This document shows positions 15,485 to 24,408 of a stretch of DNA of 38,666 nt, piece by piece. Where the stretch lies: IMG/VR virus record IMGVR_UViG_3300028588_000048, positions 1 through 38,666 of that record. The stretch is one strand, 5' to 3'. The position numbers and the translations under genes were made by a program. Below the pieces are notes generated by a model, which ran no database searches, was not told where the DNA came from, and saw nothing but the letters and a program-made list of their open reading frames with translations. Every line of letters begins with the position of its first letter. Positions within the stretch are counted from its first letter, which is position 1. The stretch comes from a virus (Duplodnaviria; Caudoviricetes).

Positions 15485-15718
15485 ATGCGACTAATGCCGA
15501 CCATAATGCGCTGTATATTGTTCGCTTGCTTAGGGATAGCCCTAGCTCTCGCAGGCATCCAATTCTTTAGCCTGAAAGGCGCTGCGGTATGGGGGATTCT
15601 TCTGCTTCTAGCTCTTCTTGATGGCTATGATGGCATCCTGATTTATCGCAAAGGCCGATTGGATGGGGTAAAGTTTGCCGTCTATTTTATGTGGCTTGAC
15701 GGCTGGCGAAAATCCTAG
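15485..15718 (+). CDS. Small membrane protein
   Basis: GAGG SD, ATG 15485, two hydrophobic segments; converges on the spanin gene. Confidence 0.55.
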   Translation: MRLMPTIMRCILFACLGIALALAGIQFFSLKGAAVWGILLLLALLDGYDGILIYRKGRLDGVKFAVYFMWLDGWRKS

Positions 15719-16185
15719 CGCAGCGAATCATAAGCCTGATAGCACGCCCCCAGCGCTGCCCTCATTTCGTCGGCACGCTGGGCGAGGGCCACAAGATCGA
15801 CTCCAACTGAAGTAGATACGACTGACCCAGCGGAGTCTTGGCAATTGGAGGTGGAACCGGGCATTGCACTTCGACTGGTGGGCTTGCTGGCGGCTTGGTT
15901 GCGCAAGCGGGCAAGCAAAGCAGCGGCATCAGCATTAGCATTCGCGATAGCATTAGTTTTCTCCTGCTCGATTACGCCGACCTGTGCGGCTAGTTGTTGT
16001 TCACGGCTACGGGCTGTGCGTTCATCCTCGGATCGCTTGACCTCGCGCAGCCTGAGTTCTTCGGCGTGAGCAATGGCGATCTTGTCGAGCCTACCTTGCA
16101 TGATCTTGTGATCGACGTATGCGCCGCCAGCAAGGCCGATGACTAGTGCGCCGGCAGCAATCGGCCAAGTAGGTAGGATGCTCAT
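15715..16185 (-). CDS. i-spanin (Rz-like)
   Basis: N-terminal TM plus coiled coil, C-terminal A.RADE.R.AL..C..AY; follows the endolysin. Confidence 0.85.
   Translation of the reverse strand: MSILPTWPIAAGALVIGLAGGAYVDHKIMQGRLDKIAIAHAEELRLREVKRSEDERTARSREQQLAAQVGVIEQEKTNAIANANADAAALLARLRNQAASKPTSRSAMPGSTSNCQDSAGSVVSTSVGVDLVALAQRADEMRAALGACYQAYDSLR
15762..15953 (-). CDS. o-spanin (Rz1-like lipoprotein) embedded in the i-spanin gene
   Basis: Alternate frame; lipobox LPAC followed by a Pro-rich mature region. Confidence 0.8.
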   Translation of the reverse strand: MLSRMLMLMPLLCLPACATKPPASPPVEVQCPVPPPIAKTPLGQSYLLQLESILWPSPSVPTK

Positions 16186-16682
16186 AGCTTAAGCCCCACA
16201 GCAAGAGTAGCAGCGCCCCAATTAGCATTCCATTTCGAAGGATGGGGGAGCCCAGGTCGCCATGCATCAATGTACTGTTTCCATCCTTCTTCTGCAGTCT
16301 TAGGAAGCCCCTTAGGCAGCGTGAAGATCAACAGACGTGCAGCAGCAGCGGCAACGACATCGTTGTAACGTATCGCCTCCCAAATGCCTTGAGGCGTTGG
16401 CGTGACGTTATAGTCAACGCACAGCTTGCGCATACGTTCCGATGTGCTGCGATGGCTCAGGACGCCTTTGCAGCCGCCTCCCTGCTCGAACTGCCAGAAT
16501 GATGCAGCCGGCCCGTTCTCCGTTCCGCTGGCAGTAATCTGGCGGCGAGCCATCATCGCCGACTCTTGCAAAGCGATTGCCATCAGAAAGCGGCGCGCGT
16601 CTACGGTGTCAGCAATGCCTTGCAGCTCAAGTTCAGCGAGAGCGGGGGCGATGCCCGTTTTAATCAGCCGTTGTGGTGTCAT
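16182..16682 (-). CDS. Putative endolysin, lysozyme-like fold
   Basis: Between holin and spanins; AIALQES (candidate catalytic Glu) and AASFWQFE motifs. Confidence 0.7.
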   Translation of the reverse strand: MTPQRLIKTGIAPALAELELQGIADTVDARRFLMAIALQESAMMARRQITASGTENGPAASFWQFEQGGGCKGVLSHRSTSERMRKLCVDYNVTPTPQGIWEAIRYNDVVAAAAARLLIFTLPKGLPKTAEEGWKQYIDAWRPGLPHPSKWNANWGAATLAVGLKL

Positions 16683-16684
16683 AG

Positions 16685-17131
16685 TTACTCCGGTGTGCGG
16701 TTAGGTGGAGCATCAACATTACGCCCGAATGCCCGTTGTAGCCACGGCAGGAAGCCATCTGCAAGCGCCAGATCGAGAACCTTCGAACCACCGTAGCCAG
16801 CCATCGTAACGAGCGCAGCTTGGAGCCAGAAGTTGACACCATCCCACCAGCTCGTGAAGAAGAATACTAGCAGTCCAGCAGCAACAGATGCGACGATATC
16901 CTTACTGATCTCCAACACAAGATTGCGAACCACGATATCTGGCCGCGCCAGCTTGGTCAGTGTTCCAGCCGCTCCGCCCACGATAGACAGAGCGAATACA
17001 TAAAGAACTGCTGTTAGCGGAATAGACTCAATGCCCGCGACAAGTGGATGTTCAGCAGCGTACGCGACGGCGCTCCATTGAACAAGCAAGTAGGCCCAGA
17101 TGGCATATTTTAGCTGATAGCTCTTTGCCAC
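16685..17131 (-). CDS. Putative holin (LydA-like)
   Basis: Multiple TM helices, ALSIVGGAAG, ASVAAGLLVF, MAGYGGSKVLD; immediately upstream of the endolysin. Confidence 0.7.
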   Translation of the reverse strand: MAKSYQLKYAIWAYLLVQWSAVAYAAEHPLVAGIESIPLTAVLYVFALSIVGGAAGTLTKLARPDIVVRNLVLEISKDIVASVAAGLLVFFFTSWWDGVNFWLQAALVTMAGYGGSKVLDLALADGFLPWLQRAFGRNVDAPPNRTPE

Positions 17132-17562
17132 CCGAGGCTCCTTGATCTTTGTTTAGCGTCTAGAAATGCGATTACGATCGTCTGCGCGCTATTCCAGTAA
17201 AACCAGACCAGCAATGAAATCGTATGTCCACCACGCTCAGCTACATATGGTTGCGCGGCATAACAGAAGGCTAACGCAACGAAAAGGAAGTGTCTATACT
17301 GAAACGCTTTATTCCATGCAAGCTGAATAGAATGCTTGCCTAATTTTATTCTTTGTGGCGTCCAGTCGTTTATAAACACATCGAGGACAATAGCAATACC
17401 AACTATTGCCATAATCCAAATAAGTACGCCACCGTCCTGAGTTTGCGCGATCCTAGCCAATCTAGCGTATGGATCGCTGAATGAGTTGTACCAGGAGATG
17501 ATCGCGTCACCTCCTGCATACAGCCTCAGAAGAGGCATAGCGTGGTCATGTAGGCGCTGCAT
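17110..17562 (-). CDS. Multi-pass membrane protein, holin-associated
   Basis: 150 aa, 3-4 hydrophobic segments, overlaps both neighbours. Confidence 0.7.
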   Translation of the reverse strand: MQRLHDHAMPLLRLYAGGDAIISWYNSFSDPYARLARIAQTQDGGVLIWIMAIVGIAIVLDVFINDWTPQRIKLGKHSIQLAWNKAFQYRHFLFVALAFCYAAQPYVAERGGHTISLLVWFYWNSAQTIVIAFLDAKQRSRSLGWQRAIS

Positions 17563-17944
17563 CGCGGTTCCTTAAGTGCGGCATCAATACAGTAGATAGT
17601 GCCAGACATGCTGCGATGTGGGCGCATTCCAGTATCTTTACGATTACGCGATAAGGAGAAAGGGGAGGACTTCCGTCGAGAGACATGCCCATCACATGCG
17701 CAATGATGAGGGCAGCACAGATGTGCAGAGTCAGGCAAGAAGCGCGGGAGGGATAGAAGACAGCAACAACGGCAACCATAATCTCTAGCATGATGCAGTA
17801 GACATAGAAGCCGTAATAGCTATCCATCGGGATCGGATAGAAGATGTTGATACTAACGATCCCGATGAGCGCCAGCATGCGGCGATCCTTCAGGTTGAGG
17901 ACCGTAGCAACGGCCAGAAAGAAGCCGCATGCAAGCAGGTACAT
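17546..17944 (-). CDS. Highly hydrophobic multi-pass membrane protein
   Basis: 132 aa, ~5 hydrophobic segments; ATG overlaps the TAA of the upstream peptide (TAATG). Confidence 0.75.
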   Translation of the reverse strand: MYLLACGFFLAVATVLNLKDRRMLALIGIVSINIFYPIPMDSYYGFYVYCIMLEIMVAVVAVFYPSRASCLTLHICAALIIAHVMGMSLDGSPPLSPYRVIVKILECAHIAACLALSTVLMPHLRNRDAAPT

Positions 17945-18084
17945 TACGGCTTGTCCGGTGGCGGAGGATTGCCGTTGCCTGCGTCCGAAGGCGTGTTCTC
18001 TTGATCGTCCAGCGGCACTTCCGGCTGGCGCATTGGCTTGTCTTTCGGAGGCGGATTGCCGTTACCGGCGAAGAGTTTGCGCAT
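17944..18084 (-). CDS. 46-aa repeat peptide MRKLFAGNGNPPPKDKPMRQPEVPLDDQENTPSDAGNGNPPPPDKP
   Basis: Hand-translated; AAAGGA SD 6 nt upstream; duplicated motif with synonymous codon differences; coupled to the next gene. Confidence 0.75.
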   Translation of the reverse strand: MRKLFAGNGNPPPKDKPMRQPEVPLDDQENTPSDAGNGNPPPPDKP

Positions 18085-18120
18085 GGTGATTCCTTTGCGT
18101 ATTGGTTGGACTAGCACATG

Positions 18121-18390
18121 CTAGTTGCCGGATTGTACGGGTTGTTCAGGCTCAGGGTCAACTGGCGGGTCTTCTGGCTCAGTTGGAGGTTCGTACCCAG
18201 GCTGATAGCGCGGATCGAGAACAAAGCCTGTCATATCTTCGTTCAGCATATACATCGGCCACGATAACCGCATTTCATCGGAAACTTCTATCCGGCTTTC
18301 ATGACCAGCCGGAGGTATTTGCAAATATCCTCCAAGTAGCTCTCTGGTTTCCGGGTCAAAAAGTATATAAGAAATGTTTTGCATAATCAT
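18121..18390 (-). CDS. Small tail-fibre-associated protein with Pro/Glu-rich tail
   Basis: Coupled to the tail fibre gene; function inferred from position only. Confidence 0.6.
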   Translation of the reverse strand: MIMQNISYILFDPETRELLGGYLQIPPAGHESRIEVSDEMRLSWPMYMLNEDMTGFVLDPRYQPGYEPPTEPEDPPVDPEPEQPVQSGN

Positions 18391-19409
18391 CCGATCTTTC
18401 TAAAGATAACCTCACTGTACACTTCCATTTCCCCTGTAACACTTACTGGGTAGCCTAGGGCCACATTTAATGGAGTTCCTGTCTCGGCAAAGGCAGTGTA
18501 ATGTTCTAATCTAAAGGTCTTTGGAGATGTTATAGTGAATTTCCCGGTTAAAGAAGCTTCTGTTTGGAACTTATTACTACTAGCAAGTTGAGAGAATGAG
18601 TTGCTACCTCTTAACTGGATAGATGCATCGGTAACGTTGAATAATTGCAGTCTATGTGCACCAATTGAAGATGCTGGAGACCTTGCCAAAACCTCGTAAC
18701 TTCCTGTTGGTATTAGGAATGTGTTATTTGACATACTTAGATTAGGAATGTCATTAAAGTCAATAGTATTGAAAGTCCTAGCATTTAATCCAGCAACGTT
18801 ACTACCTCCCCCAATATTGAATGGTTTTCTATCTGAAAATTTTGATGATGCAGATACACTTGAATTATCTCCACGGTCTCCGTTTCGCTCTGTAAAGACA
18901 AGGATATTATCGTTCCCAGAGAAAGGGCTAGGGCTACTCGACGCACGCAGTGACAAGGTCAGATTGTAGAAACCTGTCGCCGCCGTAAAGCCAGTGATAT
19001 CGAACAACATCCAAGCAGTAGGATCGCCCACCTTCTGTAAGCGAACCGATCCTTTGATCGAACTGGTCGAGGCTGTGATCTGGTTAAGCACCGCAGAGAT
19101 ATCCACTGAGTTGCGATCTAGTGGGTCGATGATTAAGCGAGAAGCTGCATTCTGTGTCGCGGAGTTAAGTCGTAGGAAGCCCGGCCCCGGATCGGCAACC
19201 GAAGTGTCCGTACTGAAGCGATAACTGAACGAGTTCGCGCCGCCTGCGGCCAACGTACTGAGAGTAGCTAAGAAGTCGGCCACGAACCCTTGCAGCCAAG
19301 GAATGATCGCAGCAACCCAAGTTAGAAATGCGTCAACACGAGCCGAGAAGGTTTCACGGTCACCCCTCTGGGGTACTGGCGGTGTAGTTGGTGGGTCTGG
19401 ATAGGCCAT
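18387..19409 (-). CDS. Putative tail fibre / receptor-binding protein
   Basis: N-terminal P.P.P.R.D..TF..R.DAFL, middle ADPG.G.LRLN.ATQ module, beta-rich AT-rich C-terminal domain. Confidence 0.7.
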   Translation of the reverse strand: MAYPDPPTTPPVPQRGDRETFSARVDAFLTWVAAIIPWLQGFVADFLATLSTLAAGGANSFSYRFSTDTSVADPGPGFLRLNSATQNAASRLIIDPLDRNSVDISAVLNQITASTSSIKGSVRLQKVGDPTAWMLFDITGFTAATGFYNLTLSLRASSSPSPFSGNDNILVFTERNGDRGDNSSVSASSKFSDRKPFNIGGGSNVAGLNARTFNTIDFNDIPNLSMSNNTFLIPTGSYEVLARSPASSIGAHRLQLFNVTDASIQLRGSNSFSQLASSNKFQTEASLTGKFTITSPKTFRLEHYTAFAETGTPLNVALGYPVSVTGEMEVYSEVIFRKIG

Positions 19410-20383
19410 TAGATAAATCCTGTAACGTCTAGTTTAACTGTCGTATATGGGAATGGATTCGGACTCAAGCTGGCTCGGACAAGTCCAAAGGTCGTCATCC
19501 ATTCATACATTGGCTTGGTGCTACCGACCACAACGCACGGAGTGCCAGCAACCGAATCAATGTTAGCCTTGATTGTATTCGCATTGAAGGTATCTGTAAC
19601 GCAAGAAATACTCATACCGGTTGCGCTTGGTCGTTTCTTGACTGTCGCGTTGCCGTAAGCATCCTGCTTAAAGTAGGTAAAGCTGTTCGGGTTGACGCTG
19701 GCGTCACGCTGAGGAATACCAATTGGCTTCATGTCGCCAATTGCGAACATGCCGAGTTTTACAGGACCAGTTGCCTTGTTGAGCGTAACTGTTATTTCAG
19801 AAGAGCCGTACGGATCAATGTCGTTACGAATAAACTGTGTCAACGGCTTGAAACGGTCGAAGAAGTATTCGTAGTAGTCGCCCGGCATAGAGCCTTCTAA
19901 TACCGTCGTAGGCTCTTGATAGATCACGTTACCGCCCGGAGCGTCTTTGACCGTCACCGAATACGAATCCGCGTCAATTCCGAATAGCGCAAATCCGTTG
20001 AATGCCCCTGGGGTCAAGGTGAAAACCAGTGGAGAAGCTGAGGAAGTCTGGCTGTTGATTAGGCCATCGAACATTGCCGTTCGATTAGTAGGGCCAACGT
20101 CGATCCAGAAGTTAGGCTCGCCCGAGGCAGTGAACTGGTTAATCGCTAGAGCCGGGTCTTTGTTCGTGTTGCTCGCCTTTCCTGTCGCAGCATAGACACG
20201 ATTGCCCTTATACACCATCTGATCGGCAGTGTAGGTAGTTGCAGACGCCCAAGCCGGATTAGGATCTTCGGCAAGAGCTACGCCAGCAGCAGTAATCGAC
20301 TGGATGACGCCAGCCGTATTGATGATATCAACCGGCACGAGGATGCTACAGGTATCGTCGTCATCATCGAAGTCAGCCGCCAT
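19409..20383 (-). CDS. Tail tip/baseplate-type protein with a small carbohydrate-binding-like insert
   Basis: Follows the tape measure; PAWASATTY..DQMVY...RVY module, W.DVGPTNR.AMFD, D.YGN...KR. Confidence 0.65.
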   Translation of the reverse strand: MAADFDDDDDTCSILVPVDIINTAGVIQSITAAGVALAEDPNPAWASATTYTADQMVYKGNRVYAATGKASNTNKDPALAINQFTASGEPNFWIDVGPTNRTAMFDGLINSQTSSASPLVFTLTPGAFNGFALFGIDADSYSVTVKDAPGGNVIYQEPTTVLEGSMPGDYYEYFFDRFKPLTQFIRNDIDPYGSSEITVTLNKATGPVKLGMFAIGDMKPIGIPQRDASVNPNSFTYFKQDAYGNATVKKRPSATGMSISCVTDTFNANTIKANIDSVAGTPCVVVGSTKPMYEWMTTFGLVRASLSPNPFPYTTVKLDVTGFI

Positions 20384-23300
20384 CAGGCAACCTCCGTCAG
20401 GAGCGAGTTACCGCCGCCCGATACTTGGTTGAACTGATTGGCAAGTTGCTCAACTGCCGCCGCCGTGCGCGCCATGCTCGATTTCATATCGGCCATTTCT
20501 CCAGTGTTATTGCTTGCTGAACTGGAAGACATTGTACCGGACATATTCGCCGCTGCGGCTTGCCTATTTTGGCGGTCCAACATATCAAGCTCAGGCTGCG
20601 CGCCCTTGATGAAGTCTGCGTAACCTTTTGCATCAACAGGACCGTTGCCAAATACGCTCTGCCAGTATTTCAGACCAGCGGCATCGGCATCACGACCCAG
20701 CACGGTCTTGTAAAGCTGGTCGATGGTCAGGCCACTGCCGTTAGGCGTGGAAGGCTTAGCGCCTTGTTGATATGCCTGCGTAGCCACTTTGAGTCCTGCA
20801 ATAGCAGCGGCAACAGTTTGGACGCTACGGTCAACACCGTTGATCGCATCTACCTCTGCTTGCGCCCATGCGGCCATTTTATCCAACTGATCAATTTCAG
20901 CGTCATATTGCTGCTGTGCGATAGTTTTCTGATCCTCAAGCAAGAGAATTTGGCGCTGAGCGTCAGTTAGTTGTTTCTCAGTCATTCCGCCGAGCGCATC
21001 GAGTTCTGCATTGGTACGGGCAACTTCTCGCTGATAGTCAGCCAGGCTAGAGAACTGGTCGGATGCATCAAGCTTGATGGTTGCCAATGCATCCTTAAGG
21101 CTATCGACAGAGGGTAATACGCCGCTAGCTTTTGCAATTGCTATCGCGGCCTGAACCTGCGCGCGTGCTGCGCTACGAGACGCAATCTGCTGCTCTTCGC
21201 TAACGACGCTAGTGCGTGCACCACGGATGGCATCAGACAGGCTCGTAAGATCGTTGATCTTATCTTTGAGGCCATCGATGCGAGTTCCGATTCTATCCAT
21301 CACTTCGTCGTAGGCTCGCGTTACCTCGTTCTTCTGAGCATCCACCGAACTCTTGACCATTTCAAGAGCAAAATCTACTGCATCACGCATGCCTTTTTCG
21401 CTGTCAATCAACTGCTGCTCTTTAAGCTTTGCAGCAGCTTCGGCTAATTCTTTAGCTGTATCAGCAGCAGTATCACTCAGTTCCTTGAGGTAGTCAGCAA
21501 CCGTCTTGAACTGAGGTGCGATAGCCAAAAGTTGGGCATAACGTTTGGCACCCTCCTCGGTAGCTAATGCCCCTGACTGCACTAGCTGCTGGACAGCCGA
21601 CTTGAATTGGTCGGTAGTAGTCAACCCCGCAAGCCCGAGTTCTTCCATCTGCTTATTCAGCGGGCCTTGGATCATCGCAATTCGCTCGGCCTCACTCAGG
21701 AAGTTGTCGTTAAAGAATACAGTCTGAGATGCCAAAGATTCAAGACCACCAGCAAAGGCCACCAGCCTTTCTCGGGCTTCAATGGACGCCAGACCAACAG
21801 CGCGGAATGCAGTCTGAGAATCCGTACCCATTGCGGCAAGTACAAGCTCAACGCCAGCGAAGTTATTTGCGACACGCTCCAAAGTTGTTGCCGCCGTCTC
21901 ACCTTCACGGATGAACTGACTGATATTTGGAATTACTCGTGTCGCTAACTCGTCACCCATGTCAGCAAACAACTGCGTCAGCATTTCCTGATCTTTGGCC
22001 TCGTCGCCAGTGAGCGCAAGACGGATAGTTTTGCTGTAGGAAAAAACCACATCAGCAGGTACACCAAGGGCCGCAGCGAATGATGCCGTACTGTCCTTGA
22101 TCGCCTTATAGGCCGAGTTCAAAGCCTGTGCTTGCTCAGGGTTGAGCGCCGAAGTATCAGTGCCTGTCTTGTCGCTGCGGAACCAGCCGCCTTTCTTGAT
22201 CCAGTCGCGGAAACTGTTCCCCATGAATTCTTCAGCGCCGAAAGTACCAGCAATACCACTTGCGGTAGTCTGCTTGCCACTGCGGCCAAATGCCTTACTA
22301 ATCAGAGTAACCGCACCAGCAATACCGAGTGCGATAGGCCCGAGCGTTCCGGCAAGCGAAGAAAGGCCAGCAGAAACGCCTGCCGCCGTACCAGATGCAA
22401 GCGCAGAGACACCAGCGCTGATCGTGCTTCCAAGGCCGATATGACCCGCCAGAACCGCACCAGCAGTCTGCAACGCACCCGCACCAATCGCGCCAGCCGA
22501 GCCAAGCAGGCCAGCAATACCGGCAGCAGAGCCAATGCTGCCTGAGATACCGCCAGAAGACGATCCGCCTACAGCAGCTGCCGCACCTCCAACCAAGCCA
22601 GTAGTACCGGTAACGGAAGTGCCGATGTTGATGATCCACTTCTTCAGAGTTTGTTGATACAGCCAGTCAAAGAACGTGTTCTTGGCTGTATCCTTCAGGC
22701 GCTGGAATGCGTTCTTGCCGCCGTCAGCAATCGAAACGAAAGTATCCCGCGCCGTCTTCTCGATGTCTGTCCAGAACTGCTTGGTCTGCTCAAGCTCGGC
22801 ACGGTTCGCCACTGCCTTAGCGCTGCGCTCTTTGAGTTCGATGACACGCTCTAGGTCTTCAATTTCTTCTTTGGTGAGATCGCGCCCTAAACGCTGGGCC
22901 TCTTGCTCAAGCAAACGGCTAGCTTGGAGACGGATAACCGCAGACTCGGTCATGCCGAAAGTTTCGGCCAAGAATTCGTTTTGCTCTGCTTCAGCACGCG
23001 CCGAATCGATCATCGAATAACGCTCGCGTGCGAGGTCTTCGTAGTTCTTGACTAACTGCTGCTGCAAGTCATCCAAGTCCTTGTTCGACTTCTCAAGGAT
23101 TTTGTTGACGGTATCTAAAGCCTCTTTCTGCTTCTTCGCATCTTTTTCAACCGCATCTGCTGTAGCCGCACTGCTGCTGGTGATCGTGGCAAATGCAGAG
23201 ATGGCTAAGTCGCCCTGACCAGACCAAACGTCAGAGATCGCCTTGCCGGCAGAGGATAGACCTTCCGTGATGTCATCGAAGGCATAGCTTACGATTGCTC

Positions 23301-24408
23301 CAGACTTAACAGCATTAGTCTGCATCAACCCCCATACATCCTGGAAGGTCGAATTGATATCGCTACCTACCTGTTTGCCTGCCTCGCCAATCGCATTCCA
23401 TGCGCCTTTGATGTCGCCAGATGCCAGATTGCGAAGAACGCTCATTGCTCCATCTGCGCCACTAGAGATAGCGGATAGCGAGCCACGGATTACGCGTGAG
23501 ATGACTTCAAATGAATTGACCGCGTTAGTCGTTACCAAGGCAAGCGATCCTGCAATTACCTTGCCGAGCGTAGTGAACAAAGTTACTACACTCACGCCTA
23601 CCGTATAAATGATCTTGAAGCCAGCAGCGATGGTCTGCGCGGCAGTCTGGACGCCATTCCCGCTAGTCACGAAATTGAGCAGGGAACCGACTAGGGAATT
23701 CAATGTCGGAAGAAGCTCGGCAGCTACCTTGCGGCCTACGCCTTGAGCTGCAAGGCCCAGGAAGTCGAGTGTGTCATTGAAGTCACCAGCAGCATCAACG
23801 GTCTTCTGATCGAAGGTCAGGCCGAGTTTATCAGCCATCTCCTGCATCTCACGGAGACCTTCAGATCCTTCGTTTAGCAATGGAATAAGCTGTGCACCAG
23901 ACTTGCCAAAGGCGTCGATAGCCAAGGCTGTCTTCATCGTGCCGTCTTCTAGCTTGGCGAATGCATCGGCAGAATCTAGCAGGACATCCACGTTGCTGCG
24001 GAGATTGCCGTTAGCATCACGAGTACGAACACCGATTGACTCAAGCGCGGAATTGCCTTCCGCAATACTGCGAGAAAGCTTAATCATTGCGCCTTCGAAT
24101 ACTCCGGCCTCGTTACCGCCCTTCTGGAACCATAGCTGAAGCGCGGCAATGTCCTTGATTGCCACACCCGTTCTCTGTGAGATATCGCTTACCGCGTCTG
24201 TTGCGTCGATAGCCTGCTTAACGAAGTTGGCAAGCGCTCCTACAGCTACGCCAGCCCCAATGGCAGCAAGGGCTGCTCCTGCGCCTTTGGCGAGCTGTGT
24301 GATTCTGGACATCGCGCTGCCGACTTGCTGGCGAGCGCGGTCCATGTCTTGCTGGAGCCTGGCAATGTCAGCCCTAAGACGAATTTCGATGTCGCTTACG
24401 AGTGCCAT
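20383..24408 (-). CDS. Tail tape measure protein
   Basis: 1341 aa, Ala-rich helical; follows the chaperones; KKGGWFRSDK motif; C-terminal DUF4214-like LYKTVLGRDADAAGLKYW. Confidence 0.95.
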   Translation of the reverse strand: MALVSDIEIRLRADIARLQQDMDRARQQVGSAMSRITQLAKGAGAALAAIGAGVAVGALANFVKQAIDATDAVSDISQRTGVAIKDIAALQLWFQKGGNEAGVFEGAMIKLSRSIAEGNSALESIGVRTRDANGNLRSNVDVLLDSADAFAKLEDGTMKTALAIDAFGKSGAQLIPLLNEGSEGLREMQEMADKLGLTFDQKTVDAAGDFNDTLDFLGLAAQGVGRKVAAELLPTLNSLVGSLLNFVTSGNGVQTAAQTIAAGFKIIYTVGVSVVTLFTTLGKVIAGSLALVTTNAVNSFEVISRVIRGSLSAISSGADGAMSVLRNLASGDIKGAWNAIGEAGKQVGSDINSTFQDVWGLMQTNAVKSGAIVSYAFDDITEGLSSAGKAISDVWSGQGDLAISAFATITSSSAATADAVEKDAKKQKEALDTVNKILEKSNKDLDDLQQQLVKNYEDLARERYSMIDSARAEAEQNEFLAETFGMTESAVIRLQASRLLEQEAQRLGRDLTKEEIEDLERVIELKERSAKAVANRAELEQTKQFWTDIEKTARDTFVSIADGGKNAFQRLKDTAKNTFFDWLYQQTLKKWIINIGTSVTGTTGLVGGAAAAVGGSSSGGISGSIGSAAGIAGLLGSAGAIGAGALQTAGAVLAGHIGLGSTISAGVSALASGTAAGVSAGLSSLAGTLGPIALGIAGAVTLISKAFGRSGKQTTASGIAGTFGAEEFMGNSFRDWIKKGGWFRSDKTGTDTSALNPEQAQALNSAYKAIKDSTASFAAALGVPADVVFSYSKTIRLALTGDEAKDQEMLTQLFADMGDELATRVIPNISQFIREGETAATTLERVANNFAGVELVLAAMGTDSQTAFRAVGLASIEARERLVAFAGGLESLASQTVFFNDNFLSEAERIAMIQGPLNKQMEELGLAGLTTTDQFKSAVQQLVQSGALATEEGAKRYAQLLAIAPQFKTVADYLKELSDTAADTAKELAEAAAKLKEQQLIDSEKGMRDAVDFALEMVKSSVDAQKNEVTRAYDEVMDRIGTRIDGLKDKINDLTSLSDAIRGARTSVVSEEQQIASRSAARAQVQAAIAIAKASGVLPSVDSLKDALATIKLDASDQFSSLADYQREVARTNAELDALGGMTEKQLTDAQRQILLLEDQKTIAQQQYDAEIDQLDKMAAWAQAEVDAINGVDRSVQTVAAAIAGLKVATQAYQQGAKPSTPNGSGLTIDQLYKTVLGRDADAAGLKYWQSVFGNGPVDAKGYADFIKGAQPELDMLDRQNRQAAAANMSGTMSSSSASNNTGEMADMKSSMARTAAAVEQLANQFNQVSGGGNSLLTEVA

